This document shows, in pieces, positions 9,322-19,257 of a stretch of DNA of 64,000 bases. Where the stretch lies: positions 800,001-864,000 of the forward strand of contig JBGANV010000002.1 of assembly GCA_044222185.1 (NCBI GenBank), read 5' to 3'. Within the stretch, counting starts at the first letter, position 1, and each line of letters opens with the position of its first letter. Below the pieces are notes generated by a model. That model was not told the origin of the DNA and searched no databases. It worked only from the letters and a program-made list of their open reading frames with translations. The stretch comes from Planctomycetota bacterium. Lineage in GTDB: Bacteria; Planctomycetota; GCA-002687715; CAIWVZ01. The position numbers and the translations under genes are program-made.

Positions 9322-9954
9322 GTGGAACCGACACAGCCGCCAGTTTCCGGAGAGGGGCAGACCTCGCTCCACCTGCGCAATGCGGCGCGAAACGACCGCG
9401 CCAGCACGGCGTGGATCGTCTCGCGATTCACACCGCTCCTCTTGTGCCAGGCGAGTCAGCGAATTCCTGCCTCGCTGCGGCGGTTCTGCGACGCCGACGA
9501 TCTGGTCGCGGACGTCTGGGTCGCCGTCCTCCCGCGGTTGTCCACGCTCGCGCCGTCGGACGGATCGTACAGCCGCGGGCTCCTGCGGCTTGCGTCGACG
9601 GTGTTGATGCGTCGCCTGCGCGATCTCATCGAGAAACACGTCGTCGGAAAGAGACGCGTGGAGTCGAACGAGGCGGGCGATCCCGTGGCTTCGGCCGCGG
9701 ACGCGGACACGCGCGGCGTCGTCACGCACGTGGTCGCCGAGGAGTGCAAGAGTCGCGTCTGGTCGAGCCTCCTGGAACTCGCGCCGATGGATCGGGAGAT
9801 CCTGGTGCTTCGAGGAATCGAGGGGCACTCACACGACGAGATCGCGCTGCGCACGGGTCTTACGCCGACGAATTCCGCCGTGCGATATCACCGGGCGCTG
9901 AAGAGCCTTCGCGCGCTCATCCCGATGTCCGTGTTCGATGAGCTGGAGGAGTGA
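9322..9954 (+). CDS. ECF-type RNA polymerase sigma factor
   Basis: Region 2 DADDLVADVW; region 4 LAPMDREILVLRGIEGHSHDEIALRTG...VRYHRALKSLR; divergent from kinases. Confidence 0.88.
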   Translation: MEPTQPPVSGEGQTSLHLRNAARNDRASTAWIVSRFTPLLLCQASQRIPASLRRFCDADDLVADVWVAVLPRLSTLAPSDGSYSRGLLRLASTVLMRRLRDLIEKHVVGKRRVESNEAGDPVASAADADTRGVVTHVVAEECKSRVWSSLLELAPMDREILVLRGIEGHSHDEIALRTGLTPTNSAVRYHRALKSLRALIPMSVFDELEE

Positions 9955-10031
9955 GGGGCGGCGCATTCGTGCTGTGCGGGCGCGGCGTGCACTCGCTCGC
10001 GGTCGGCTCCGACCACCCCTGGATCGAGAGA

Positions 10032-12971
10032 TCACCCGCCGCCGGGTCGGCCTCCGCCGCCACCGCCGGGTCGGCCGCCTGGACGCCCACCCCCGGGCCG
10101 GCCGTTGGGCGGTTGCGGTGCGGTGCTCTGCGGCGCCGGCGCGGCCTGGAGTTCTCGTAGAGCCGTGACGACCTTCTCGTCGACCTTCACGTGAACCTGC
10201 AACTGGCTCGAGCCCGCGGGCACCGCCGTCGTCGACAGCGGGATGGATCCCATGGTCATCGTGAACATGGACGCGAAGTTGGTGTTGCCGGCTTCCGTCA
10301 CCGATTGGCGAACCGGCGATAGCGAGATGTCCCAGTTTCCGGCCGAGAGCCCCGTGAGGGTCGCGCTCGTCGCGCCGGGCGCGACGGTCGCCGTGCGCAT
10401 GCGTCCACGGGCCCCGCCGAATGCGGGGCCGTTGCCGCCACCGCCACCGCGTCGGCCCATGCGTGCGTTCTCCGCGGGCAGCGCCGCGGGCGCCTCCGTC
10501 TGGAGCGACGCGCGGACGGTGTAGTTCGAGATGCCGTCGAGGGCCGGCAGGCCGCCGGGGATGTCGAACAGGACGCTCAGTTCGCAACCCTTGTCGAGGG
10601 TCACCCGGATCGGGAACGGCGGCTTCTCGAAGCTCTGGTCGGTGTAGCCCGCGGCGCGGACGCGCACGGTGATCGCGGCCGGGGCCTCGATGAAGGTCAT
10701 GGACGCGAGGCCGTCCTTGTCCGTCGTCTTGCGATCGCGGCCGTTGCCTCGCCAGCCGCCGGGTCCGCCACCTCCGCCGTTGTCGCCCGTGTCGAACGAG
10801 ACGTCTGCACCCTGGAACGGCTTTCCGTCGGGGGTGATCACGAGCACGTTCGCGATTAGCGCATTCGCTCCGAGGATGACAGCGGCGAGGCGGGCGTCCT
10901 GCGAGGTCTCACCCGATCGCACCTCGACACCCTCGACGATCAGGGCTTCCTGCCCGTCGTAGGTGAACTGCACGTCGTAGCGACCGGCGGCGAGATCGCG
11001 GATCTCGAATGCGGGCTTCTCCGGCCGGACCTGCGTGCGGTTGCCCGGTCCTCCGCCGAAGCGTCCTCGACGGCCACGCCCGCTCTGGTCGTTGGCGCGA
11101 TCGGCGGTGAAGACCTCGACATCCACCCGCTTCTTGAGCTCGGCGGACGCGAGTTTCACCGAGCCCGCGATGCTGCCCGTGGGCTCGACGACGATCTCCA
11201 GGTCGGTCTCTCCCTGGGCGAAGTCCTTCGGCTGCGAGCGGGCGCCGCGCGTGCGGCCGACGAGGCGCGCGCCCGTGAGTGATCCCGTCAGGTTTCCGCG
11301 CACTTCGAACCTGCCCTTGTCGTTCGTGCGGGCCGGATCCCGCAGGAGCGCGAACAGTTCGGGGTTGAAGTCCTGGATCTGTGCCAGATCGAGCGTGACC
11401 CGGGCGCCTTCCACCGGCTTGCCTGCGGACGTCTTCACGACGCCAGCGACGATCACGGGCCGGCGCGGGATCACGAGATCCTTGATGGTGACGGTGCTGC
11501 CTGCGGGAACGGCGTCGAACGCGCGCTCGAGCGCGGCCTTCGTCGGGCGATCGCCGAAGAGGTCGGGGCTCTCGGTGTCGTAGACCTTCAACGATCCCGC
11601 GACGTCGGGGGCGACGGCGATCTTCACCATCCCCGACTCGTCGGGCTCGACGGTAGTCTGGCGGCCGCCGCGGTTGAACCCGGGGCCGTTCATGCCGCGG
11701 CCGCGCGTGCGCACCGACACCTCGGTGGCGGCGGGCTCGCCCGGATCCGGCGGCAGGGTCTGCGACACCTCGTAGGCGAATGCGCCGTCGGTGATCGGAT
11801 GCCCGGCGTCGTCGACCATTCGCGCCGTCAGGTACGGTTGCTTCTTGCCGAGCTGGATCTCGAACGTCACCGACTTGGCGTCCGTCGGGATCTTGAATGC
11901 GAGGTGGCTCGCGATGCGCTCATCCGACGTGAGCGTGAAACGGCCGGAGGAGCCCGGCGCGAACCCGCCGACGACGACCTTCGTGCCGGTGAACGTGCGC
12001 TGACCGAGTCCGCCGCCGAACATGGCGCCGAATGCGCGCGGACCCGAGAGGTCGCCCTCCTGCGGAACCACGTTCCACTGGAGCGTCATCTCCTTCGGCG
12101 CCGTTTCGGATTCGGGGACCTTCACGGTGACGCGGGCCAGCACGACCGTCGGGACGTGCACCGTGGCGCGAATCGTGCCTTCCTTCGGAGCGACCGGCTC
12201 GTTCACCGGCGGAAGGCCGGGGAGCGTGGCCTGGATCGCCAGTTCGGGAGCGTCGTAGAGACTGCCATCCAGCGACGTCAGCTCGACCATCGCACGGCCT
12301 TCGGGATCGGAGGTCCACGCGGCGTGACGCGCGGGCGGTCGCATCTCGTCCGGGATCGTGGCGCGCACGCGCACGCCGGGAACGGGGCTTCCGGATGCGT
12401 CGACGACCTCCACATCCACCGACTTGATCGGCTTCAGCACGAGGCGGAACTCGCCGTTTCCGTTCGCGGCGGCCGTAGAAAGCTCGCGCGGATCGAGTTC
12501 GAGCCCGCCCACACGGCGATCGGCACGGCCCACGAGTTCGAGTTGTCGCCGGGGCATGCGATCGAGCTCGACGACTCCGGACGCGTCCGACTTGAGCGTG
12601 CGGAGCGCGCGGCGCGAAACGTCGTCGCCGTTCAAGAAGTCGATTCCGCGGAAACCGTTCATGTCACCGCGGCTGCGGAGGACGTCCACGGTTGCGTTGG
12701 CGACCGGCCGATCCTCCTCGTCGACGACGAGGACGCGCGGCGGAGCGGCTTCGGCCGGGTCGGTCGACGAGTACCTCGCGATCTCGATCTTCCCGTCGCC
12801 CGACTGCCCACCGGACGAAGGCTTGGACGGCGTCGTGAATGGCGACGGCGGCGGGGCCTCCGTGGTCGAACCGCCGCCGTGCTCCTGGCCGGAGTCGAGG
12901 AGGAGCCAGAAGGCTCCGGCCAGAGCCACGAGGACCAGCACGGCGGCGGCGGACAGAACAGGTTTCGACAT
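10032..12971 (-). CDS. Membrane-anchored protein with repeated carboxypeptidase-regulatory-like beta-sandwich domains and Gly/Arg-rich loops
   Basis: N-terminal TM; repeats VVDEEDRPVANATV, VVDASGSPVPGVRV, VKTSAGKPVEGARV, TDKDGLA. Confidence 0.8.
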   Translation of the reverse strand: MSKPVLSAAAVLVLVALAGAFWLLLDSGQEHGGGSTTEAPPPSPFTTPSKPSSGGQSGDGKIEIARYSSTDPAEAAPPRVLVVDEEDRPVANATVDVLRSRGDMNGFRGIDFLNGDDVSRRALRTLKSDASGVVELDRMPRRQLELVGRADRRVGGLELDPRELSTAAANGNGEFRLVLKPIKSVDVEVVDASGSPVPGVRVRATIPDEMRPPARHAAWTSDPEGRAMVELTSLDGSLYDAPELAIQATLPGLPPVNEPVAPKEGTIRATVHVPTVVLARVTVKVPESETAPKEMTLQWNVVPQEGDLSGPRAFGAMFGGGLGQRTFTGTKVVVGGFAPGSSGRFTLTSDERIASHLAFKIPTDAKSVTFEIQLGKKQPYLTARMVDDAGHPITDGAFAYEVSQTLPPDPGEPAATEVSVRTRGRGMNGPGFNRGGRQTTVEPDESGMVKIAVAPDVAGSLKVYDTESPDLFGDRPTKAALERAFDAVPAGSTVTIKDLVIPRRPVIVAGVVKTSAGKPVEGARVTLDLAQIQDFNPELFALLRDPARTNDKGRFEVRGNLTGSLTGARLVGRTRGARSQPKDFAQGETDLEIVVEPTGSIAGSVKLASAELKKRVDVEVFTADRANDQSGRGRRGRFGGGPGNRTQVRPEKPAFEIRDLAAGRYDVQFTYDGQEALIVEGVEVRSGETSQDARLAAVILGANALIANVLVITPDGKPFQGADVSFDTGDNGGGGGPGGWRGNGRDRKTTDKDGLASMTFIEAPAAITVRVRAAGYTDQSFEKPPFPIRVTLDKGCELSVLFDIPGGLPALDGISNYTVRASLQTEAPAALPAENARMGRRGGGGGNGPAFGGARGRMRTATVAPGATSATLTGLSAGNWDISLSPVRQSVTEAGNTNFASMFTMTMGSIPLSTTAVPAGSSQLQVHVKVDEKVVTALRELQAAPAPQSTAPQPPNGRPGGGRPGGRPGGGGGGRPGGG

Positions 12972-13220
12972 GGCGTGACCTTACGCGGGGCTCAGGGCAA
13001 CTTCGAAATGGGGTCGAACCTCGTGGGCTCCTCGGGAACAGGACGTGGCAGGGAGCTGGCTCCTCAGGAAGTCAACGCACGGCCGGCCCGAGTTTTTCGC
13101 CGGTCTGGCTGCCGTCGGCGGGGGGCGCAGGACCGACGCCGTGCCTGTCCCGGGTATTCAGGCGATGCCTGCAAGTCGTTCATCGGCCGAGTGTTATGGG
13201 TCAGGCGCGCGTCGGATCCT

Positions 13221-14882
13221 TCAGCGGCTTTCCGCCCCGCCGCTCGTCGCCCCGGACGACGGTGGCGTGAGGCCCGCGAGCCGGGAGTCGGCGCAGGGTT
13301 TCCCGCCTTCGACGACGACGTTGCCAACCGGCGCCTCGGCACCCGACGCCAAGAGGACCACCCGCCACGTCCCCGGCGGAACGTGAGGGAAGGCGAACGT
13401 CCCGTCCGGCTGGACGCGCGTCGACGCGTAGCGGGGCCCTGCGGGGATCCGAAGTTCGACGTGAACGGGCTCGGCGGGCGGCCGGGCGAGGAACCCGTGC
13501 ACGGAACCCGCCTGGGCGACCTGCACTGTGACGGCGGCACCCCCTGGTCGGACCGGTTCGGGCGACCTCCAGGCCCCGTTCTCCGTGAGGGCGAACAGCT
13601 CGCACGCGCCCATGGACGCGGGGACGCGCAGTTCGAAGTGTCCCTGTGGGTCTGGCCTCACGCGACGCGCACCGGCGTTGGGGTCCAGGGGAATCGCGAG
13701 CACCGTCGCCGCGGAAGGGTCGCCCCCATCCGGAAGAGCCAGGGTGCCGGACACGAGCACGATCTCCCGCTCGAGCTTCAACGAACCGAGGTCCCAGGTC
13801 GCCCCCGCATCGAGCCGTCGGGACTCGAAGACGAACGGGGCCGCGTCTTCGCCAGACTGGGCGGCGGTCGCGCGGACTTCCATCAGGAGGTCGGCGCCCG
13901 ACTCCACGGTGAAGTCGAAGGAACCGTCGCGTGCCGTGCGCGTGCGGGAAGTTCCCGCGACCTTCGGGTCGTCGATGCGGCGGAACACCGAGAGCGTGAT
14001 CTCGCGGTCGCTCGCGGCGCTTCCATCGGTGAAGAGCAACCGACCGATGACGTGGGCGATGCCGGGAAGGACGGTCACCGGTGCCGTGCGCCGTGAGTCC
14101 GCCGTCCTTGGAACGTCGATCGTGGCAGTGCTCGGCGGGTGACCGCGAGGCTCGACGCGCAGCTCGAGCCTTCGGCCGGGCAGGAGACCGCCGACTGCGG
14201 CGAGCCCGTTCTTCGCCGTCGTCACGAGGAGCTCGGACCACGCGGGCCGCGACTCGCCGCTCCCGGACGCCGCGTCCCGCGCCTCGATGAGGACCTCGCC
14301 GTCGAAGGGTCGTCCGTCGGCGTCTCGAAGGTCGAGGTCCACGACCGGACGGGGTTCGGCGACGAGTGTCACACGTGTTTCATTTGCGCTCACCTGCGGC
14401 GCGGGCACCTTTGCTTCCGCGGGAATCGCCGCGTCCTCGTCGAGGAACGCCACGAGTCCACCCGACCGGAGGTCCGGTTCGAACGTCCGAGAGATGGCGA
14501 TCTGGGCCACGCCATCCGCGGCCGTTGCAGCGATCGCGAACGCGGCCGTGCGCTCGTCGCGCTCGCGACGCAGGCTCACGCGCCGATGGGGGAGCGCATC
14601 TCCCGACCGCGTCTGCACGCGAACGAGCACGAGCGCGCGGGCCTCGGGATCACGCAGGAAGCGCAGTCCTTTTCCGCCGAATCGCGCCGGCCGCGCCGAA
14701 CGATCGTCGATCGGCGCACCCTTCGCGGACGCGTCGCCCTCGCGCCCGGCGCCCGTGCCGGACCCCAGCCAGCCCCCGCCCCCGCCGATGTACTGACTCC
14801 ACGTCGCCCATGCAGCGGCCAGTGCCAGGAGCCACAGCGTGCTCCGTCCCAGGAGAGATCCCGGTTTCTTCTTCTCGGCCAT
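13221..14882 (-). CDS. Membrane-anchored carboxypeptidase-regulatory-like domain protein
   Basis: N-terminal TM; repeats LRDADGRPFDG, TARDGSFDF, PDGTFAFPHVPPGTWRV. Confidence 0.75.
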   Translation of the reverse strand: MAEKKKPGSLLGRSTLWLLALAAAWATWSQYIGGGGGWLGSGTGAGREGDASAKGAPIDDRSARPARFGGKGLRFLRDPEARALVLVRVQTRSGDALPHRRVSLRRERDERTAAFAIAATAADGVAQIAISRTFEPDLRSGGLVAFLDEDAAIPAEAKVPAPQVSANETRVTLVAEPRPVVDLDLRDADGRPFDGEVLIEARDAASGSGESRPAWSELLVTTAKNGLAAVGGLLPGRRLELRVEPRGHPPSTATIDVPRTADSRRTAPVTVLPGIAHVIGRLLFTDGSAASDREITLSVFRRIDDPKVAGTSRTRTARDGSFDFTVESGADLLMEVRATAAQSGEDAAPFVFESRRLDAGATWDLGSLKLEREIVLVSGTLALPDGGDPSAATVLAIPLDPNAGARRVRPDPQGHFELRVPASMGACELFALTENGAWRSPEPVRPGGAAVTVQVAQAGSVHGFLARPPAEPVHVELRIPAGPRYASTRVQPDGTFAFPHVPPGTWRVVLLASGAEAPVGNVVVEGGKPCADSRLAGLTPPSSGATSGGAESR

Positions 14883-15181
14883 CGTTCACGCTCCCCGATC
14901 GGATGTCGTCGCGTCGGTGGCGACCCGCATGCGCGAGTCGTCACGCTCGACGTCAACAAAAACCGCAATTGCCGGACACTGTAAGCCGGAACTCCCCGCG
15001 ATTTTGATTTGTCCACGGGAAAAACGCCCTTAGACTCCGCGCCGCGAGGAAACGTCCACGAGCGCCCCGGGGTCCATCCGGCGGTCGCATGATTCGGACA
15101 GGAGACCCTCGCGACCCTGTGCGGCGGACCGAGCGTTCCGACGCCCGAGAAACCACCGCCCACCCCCGTTCGGAGTCTTGC

Positions 15182-16444
15182 ATGAAGTTCGCGATCTCGC
15201 TGTTTGTCTGCACGTCCGTTCTCTTCGCCCAGGCACCCGTGAACGACGGGTGCGCCGCGGCGACACAGCTGACCCCCGGTGACTCATACGGCACCCTCGC
15301 GGGCGCCACTCCGAGCACGGGCATCCCGGCATGCGCCGGCTTCGACGGGACGCGCCCGGACGTCTGGTACGTCATCACCGTACCCACGTCCTGCCGCCTG
15401 ACCCTGCAGGTGTCCGCGACGGTCTTCGTCGGCCAGATCGCCGTCTACACCGGTGGGTGTGGCACGCTGTCGCCGGTCACGTGTGGCACGAACGTCACGC
15501 TCAATGCCGCGGCGAACACCAACTACCGGGTCCGCGTCACGAGCAACTCGGCCAGCGTGGGATTGTTCAAGCTGGCGTGCTTCTGCGAACTCCCCGTGAC
15601 GAACGACAACTGCTCGACCGCCATCCCGGTCGTCGACGGCACGAATCCGGTGGCGCCCTTCGGCCACTCGGGCAACCTGTTCAGCAACTTCGGTGCGACG
15701 AACTCCGCCGGCTACGCGGACACCTGCGCCGGAGCCGGGCACCCGGGCACGAACGACGTGTTTTTCACCTACGTCGCCAGCTGCTCGGCCGTCACCATCG
15801 ACACCTGCACGCCCGACGGGTTCCTGCCCGGAACGCTCGGGGACACGATCCTCTCGGTGTATCCGATCAACGCCTGCGGCGCGCCGCTGCCGCTCCCGGC
15901 ACCGATCGCGTGCAACGATGACGGCGCCTGCTCGCCGACGCTTTCGCGCGTCGCGTTCCAAACGACGCTCGGGGCCACGTACCTGATCCGCGTCTCGTCG
16001 TGGGTCGCGAACACGACGGGCGGTTTCTACCTCAACGTGCACGCCGCAGCCGCGTTCCCCACCGGCGTGGGTTGCAACGGCATCGCCGGGGCGAATCCGT
16101 CGCTGACCAGCACGGCTCCCGTCGTCAATCAGGAGATCACGATGAACATCTCGGGCGTGGCGCCGAATTCGCCCGCCGTGCTGTTCATCTCGTACTGTCG
16201 CGCCGGGTTGCCGATCCAGGTCGGCGGCTCGTGCCTTCTCTATCTCGAGGTGCAGACCCCGGTGTTCCAGGGGCTCACGCCGTTCTTCACGGACGCGACG
16301 GGGCACGCCACGCTGAGCGCGGTCATTCCCCCGATTCCGGAGTTCCAGTGCAAGGCCGGTTGCGCGCAGGTCGTCGTCGCGCCGTCGGGCGGTTCGCCGC
16401 TCTACCAGATGACGAATGCGGTGCAGCTGTTCCTCGGCGGTTGA
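15182..16444 (+). CDS. Secreted Cys-rich protein, paralog 1 (two NDxC/PPC-like beta domains plus shared C-terminal domain)
   Basis: MKFAISLFVCTSVLFA|QAPVNDGC; DVWY and DVFF motifs; CNDD; ends IPPIPEFQCK...QMTNAVQLFLGG. Confidence 0.85.
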   Translation: MKFAISLFVCTSVLFAQAPVNDGCAAATQLTPGDSYGTLAGATPSTGIPACAGFDGTRPDVWYVITVPTSCRLTLQVSATVFVGQIAVYTGGCGTLSPVTCGTNVTLNAAANTNYRVRVTSNSASVGLFKLACFCELPVTNDNCSTAIPVVDGTNPVAPFGHSGNLFSNFGATNSAGYADTCAGAGHPGTNDVFFTYVASCSAVTIDTCTPDGFLPGTLGDTILSVYPINACGAPLPLPAPIACNDDGACSPTLSRVAFQTTLGATYLIRVSSWVANTTGGFYLNVHAAAAFPTGVGCNGIAGANPSLTSTAPVVNQEITMNISGVAPNSPAVLFISYCRAGLPIQVGGSCLLYLEVQTPVFQGLTPFFTDATGHATLSAVIPPIPEFQCKAGCAQVVVAPSGGSPLYQMTNAVQLFLGG

Positions 16445-16520
16445 TCGGAATTCCAGACCATGTGTATCCAACCGCGGCGAGGCCACGGCCTCGCGGCGGG
16501 TTCGTGAAGGAGACGGAACG

Positions 16521-17774
16521 ATGAAGCGTGCGGTTTTCTGCCTGTGTGTCCTCACCATCGGAGTGCTTGCCCAGGCTCCGATCAACGATGGCTGCGCCAG
16601 CCCGGCCGGCCTGACTCCCGGTGATCTCTTCGGAACTCTCGTCGGCGCCACGACGGACGCTGGCAACTTCGGTTGCGCGACGGTCGGCGTGAAGCCGGAC
16701 GTCTGGTACGTGTTCAATCGCCCGACGAGCGTCCGCTTGACGGTCGTGGCCGATTCCAGCGTGTTTCAGCCGATCGTGGCGATCTACACGGGAACGTGCG
16801 GAGCGCTGACTGCCGTCGCGTGCGGCGGCGCCTCGGTGACGCTCGTCACGACCCCGAACGTCAACTACCTCGTGCGCGTGACCAGTGCGACGTCGAGCCT
16901 GGGCGTCTTCAAGCTCAGCACGTTCGCGGAGGTCCTCGCGACGAACGACGACTGCTCGGGCGCGCTCCCCATCCACGACGGGCTGAACCCGGGCGTGGGG
17001 GAGAGCGGGTACCTGTTCTCGAACGTCGGCGCGACCAACTCGAGCGTCTTCGCGGACACCTGCGCCGGCGCGGGCCACCCGGGCGGGAGGGACGTGTTCT
17101 TCGTCTACACGGCCACCTGCGCCGCGGCGACGATCGACACCTGCACCCCGAACGGCTTCCTCCCGGGTTCCCTCGAGAACACCATCGTCTCGATCTATCC
17201 GATCACGGCATGCGTTCCGAGCGGACCGCCGCCGGCGGCACTCGCGTGCAACGACAACGGCGATTGCCAGCCGGGCAGCTCGCGCGTGTCGTTCCACACG
17301 ACACCCGGGACGCAGTATCTCGTCCGCGTTTCGTCCTTCGTGACGGCGTCGAGCGGGTCGTTCTACCTGACCGTGCACGGCGCCGCGACGTTCTCTGCGG
17401 GGCCTGGCTGTGGTCTTCCGGGCCTGGGCTCCCCGCAGCTCAGGTCGTCGACGCCCGTGACGGGTGAGTTCGCGACGATCCGCGTGAGCGGGTTCTCGCC
17501 GAACAGCCCGGGCGGACTCTTCATCGCGTACTGCCTCGGGACGCCCGTGTCCGTCAATGGCTGCCCGCTCTACCTCGACACGTCCGCGGTGAACTTCGAG
17601 CTCGTCGCACCGTTCGTGACGGACTCGCAGGGTGCGGCGGTGTTCTCGGGCCTCGTTCCCGCGATCCCCGAGTTCCAGTGCAAGTTCGTCTGCACGCAGG
17701 CGGCCGTGATCGCCAACTCGGTGTTCTCCTCCCTTCAGCTCTCGAACGGACTCGCCGTCTACTTCGGCGGATGA
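16521..17774 (+). CDS. Secreted Cys-rich protein, paralog 2
   Basis: AAGGAG RBS; MKRAVFCLCVLTIGVLA|QAPINDGC; colinear with paralog 1. Confidence 0.85.
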   Translation: MKRAVFCLCVLTIGVLAQAPINDGCASPAGLTPGDLFGTLVGATTDAGNFGCATVGVKPDVWYVFNRPTSVRLTVVADSSVFQPIVAIYTGTCGALTAVACGGASVTLVTTPNVNYLVRVTSATSSLGVFKLSTFAEVLATNDDCSGALPIHDGLNPGVGESGYLFSNVGATNSSVFADTCAGAGHPGGRDVFFVYTATCAAATIDTCTPNGFLPGSLENTIVSIYPITACVPSGPPPAALACNDNGDCQPGSSRVSFHTTPGTQYLVRVSSFVTASSGSFYLTVHGAATFSAGPGCGLPGLGSPQLRSSTPVTGEFATIRVSGFSPNSPGGLFIAYCLGTPVSVNGCPLYLDTSAVNFELVAPFVTDSQGAAVFSGLVPAIPEFQCKFVCTQAAVIANSVFSSLQLSNGLAVYFGG

Positions 17775-17880
17775 TCGATCGCTGTCCGGTGCGGCCGCGT
17801 TCGCAGTGTCGATGTTCGGCACGTTGACGCGGCCGAGTCGCCCGTTTCTTCGCATCCCATGACCCTCAAGGAGCCATTCG

Positions 17881-19158
17881 ATGTTGCGCATGCTTTCGTG
17901 CGTCGCCGTCCTCGCTGCCCTCGCGTTCTCGCAAGCGCCAGCGAACGACCTGTGTTCGAACGCATTCCCGCTGTTCGCGGGTGAGACCTACGGTGATCTG
18001 CGCAACGCCACGCCGACGGCGGCCGGCGGCATGGGATGCTCGACGGGGTTCGGATCCACGCGCCCGGACGTCTGGTATGTCTTCAACTCGCCGACGGCGT
18101 GTCAGTTGAGCGTCACGGGCTTCGGCGGCGGATTCACCACTCGGCTCGCCATCTACACCGGAACGTGCGGAACGATGACGTCGGTTTCGTGCGGCACGTC
18201 GGGCGGGACCGTGTCGACGTTCGCGTCGGCGAACACGAATTACTTCGTGCGCGTCGTCAGCACCAACAGTTCGCTCGGCAACTTCAAGCTCGACACGTAC
18301 TGCACGCTCCCCGTCGGCAACGACGATTGCTCGACGGCGACTCCGGTGTTCGACGGGACGAATCCCGGCGCGCCGCACGGCACGAGCGGCTACGTCTACA
18401 CGAACTCCGGCGCGACGAGCTCCGCCACCTTCGCCGACACGTGCGGCGGTTCGGGGCACCCGGGATCGTTCGACGTGTTCTTCGTCTACGTGGCGACCTG
18501 CAACGCCGTGACCGTCGAAACCTGCGTTCCGAAGGGGTTCCTGTCCGGAACGCTCGGCGACACGATGCTGTCGATCTACGACATCTCGACCTGTGCGACG
18601 GCATCGCACACGGCGCTCGACTGCAATGACGACGACAATCTGGACTGCACGCCGAAGGCTTCGCGTGTGTCGATCCACACCATCGTCGGACACGCCTATC
18701 TGATTCGCGTTTCGTCCTACGCCACGAATCAGACGGGCAGCTTCTACCTCACCGTGCACGCCGCGGGCACGTTCCCGACCGGCCCGGGCTGCCACGGCAT
18801 CTCGGGCGCGACCCCGACGCTCGCGGGCACGACGCCGATCATGGGGCAGGACGCCACGGTTCTCATTTCCGGGTTTGCGCCGAACGCGCCTGGCGTGCTG
18901 TTCGTCTCGAACTGCGCTGGCACACCCATCGACATCGGGAGCGGCTGCTCGCTCTACCTCGATCCGAATTCACCGGTCTTCCAGGCCCTCGTTCCGTTCG
19001 TGACGAACGGGAACGGTGAGGCCACCTTCTCCGGGACCGTTCCGCAGATCCCGGAATTCCAATGCAAGAACGTCTGCGCGCAGGCGGTCGTCGTGCCGGC
19101 TGGCGGGAATCCCGCCTACCAGCTCTCGAACGGCCTCGCGCTGTTCTTCGGACCGTGA
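17881..19158 (+). CDS. Secreted Cys-rich protein, paralog 3
   Basis: AAGGAG RBS; ...ALAFS|QAPANDLC; colinear with paralogs 1 and 2. Confidence 0.85.
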   Translation: MLRMLSCVAVLAALAFSQAPANDLCSNAFPLFAGETYGDLRNATPTAAGGMGCSTGFGSTRPDVWYVFNSPTACQLSVTGFGGGFTTRLAIYTGTCGTMTSVSCGTSGGTVSTFASANTNYFVRVVSTNSSLGNFKLDTYCTLPVGNDDCSTATPVFDGTNPGAPHGTSGYVYTNSGATSSATFADTCGGSGHPGSFDVFFVYVATCNAVTVETCVPKGFLSGTLGDTMLSIYDISTCATASHTALDCNDDDNLDCTPKASRVSIHTIVGHAYLIRVSSYATNQTGSFYLTVHAAGTFPTGPGCHGISGATPTLAGTTPIMGQDATVLISGFAPNAPGVLFVSNCAGTPIDIGSGCSLYLDPNSPVFQALVPFVTNGNGEATFSGTVPQIPEFQCKNVCAQAVVVPAGGNPAYQLSNGLALFFGP

Positions 19159-19174
19159 CCGGCGCGCGCCCGAC

Positions 19175-19200
19175 GGACGGACGCTCCCGCGCGTCCGTCC
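19175..19200 (+). terminator. GC-rich hairpin after paralog 3 (possible terminator or stabiliser; no U tract)
   Basis: GGACGGACGC-tcccgc-GCGTCCGTCC perfect 10-bp stem. Confidence 0.35.
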
Positions 19201-19257
19201 TCGGGGGTTGCGCGAGAGCCCTCGCGTCGAGCGGTCCGTGTGCCTCTGCGGTCTTCG

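Noticed and set aside
11799-14096. 765-aa plus-strand ORF, and similar ones such as 52693-55089, 46305-48194 and 7254-9119
   Set aside because: Shadow or out-of-frame ORFs overlapping well-supported genes, with no motifs
3971-15030. Shared 12-mer CACGGGAAAAAC in two intergenic regions (near 3971 and 15014)
   Set aside because: Only two copies and no shared downstream element; may be chance
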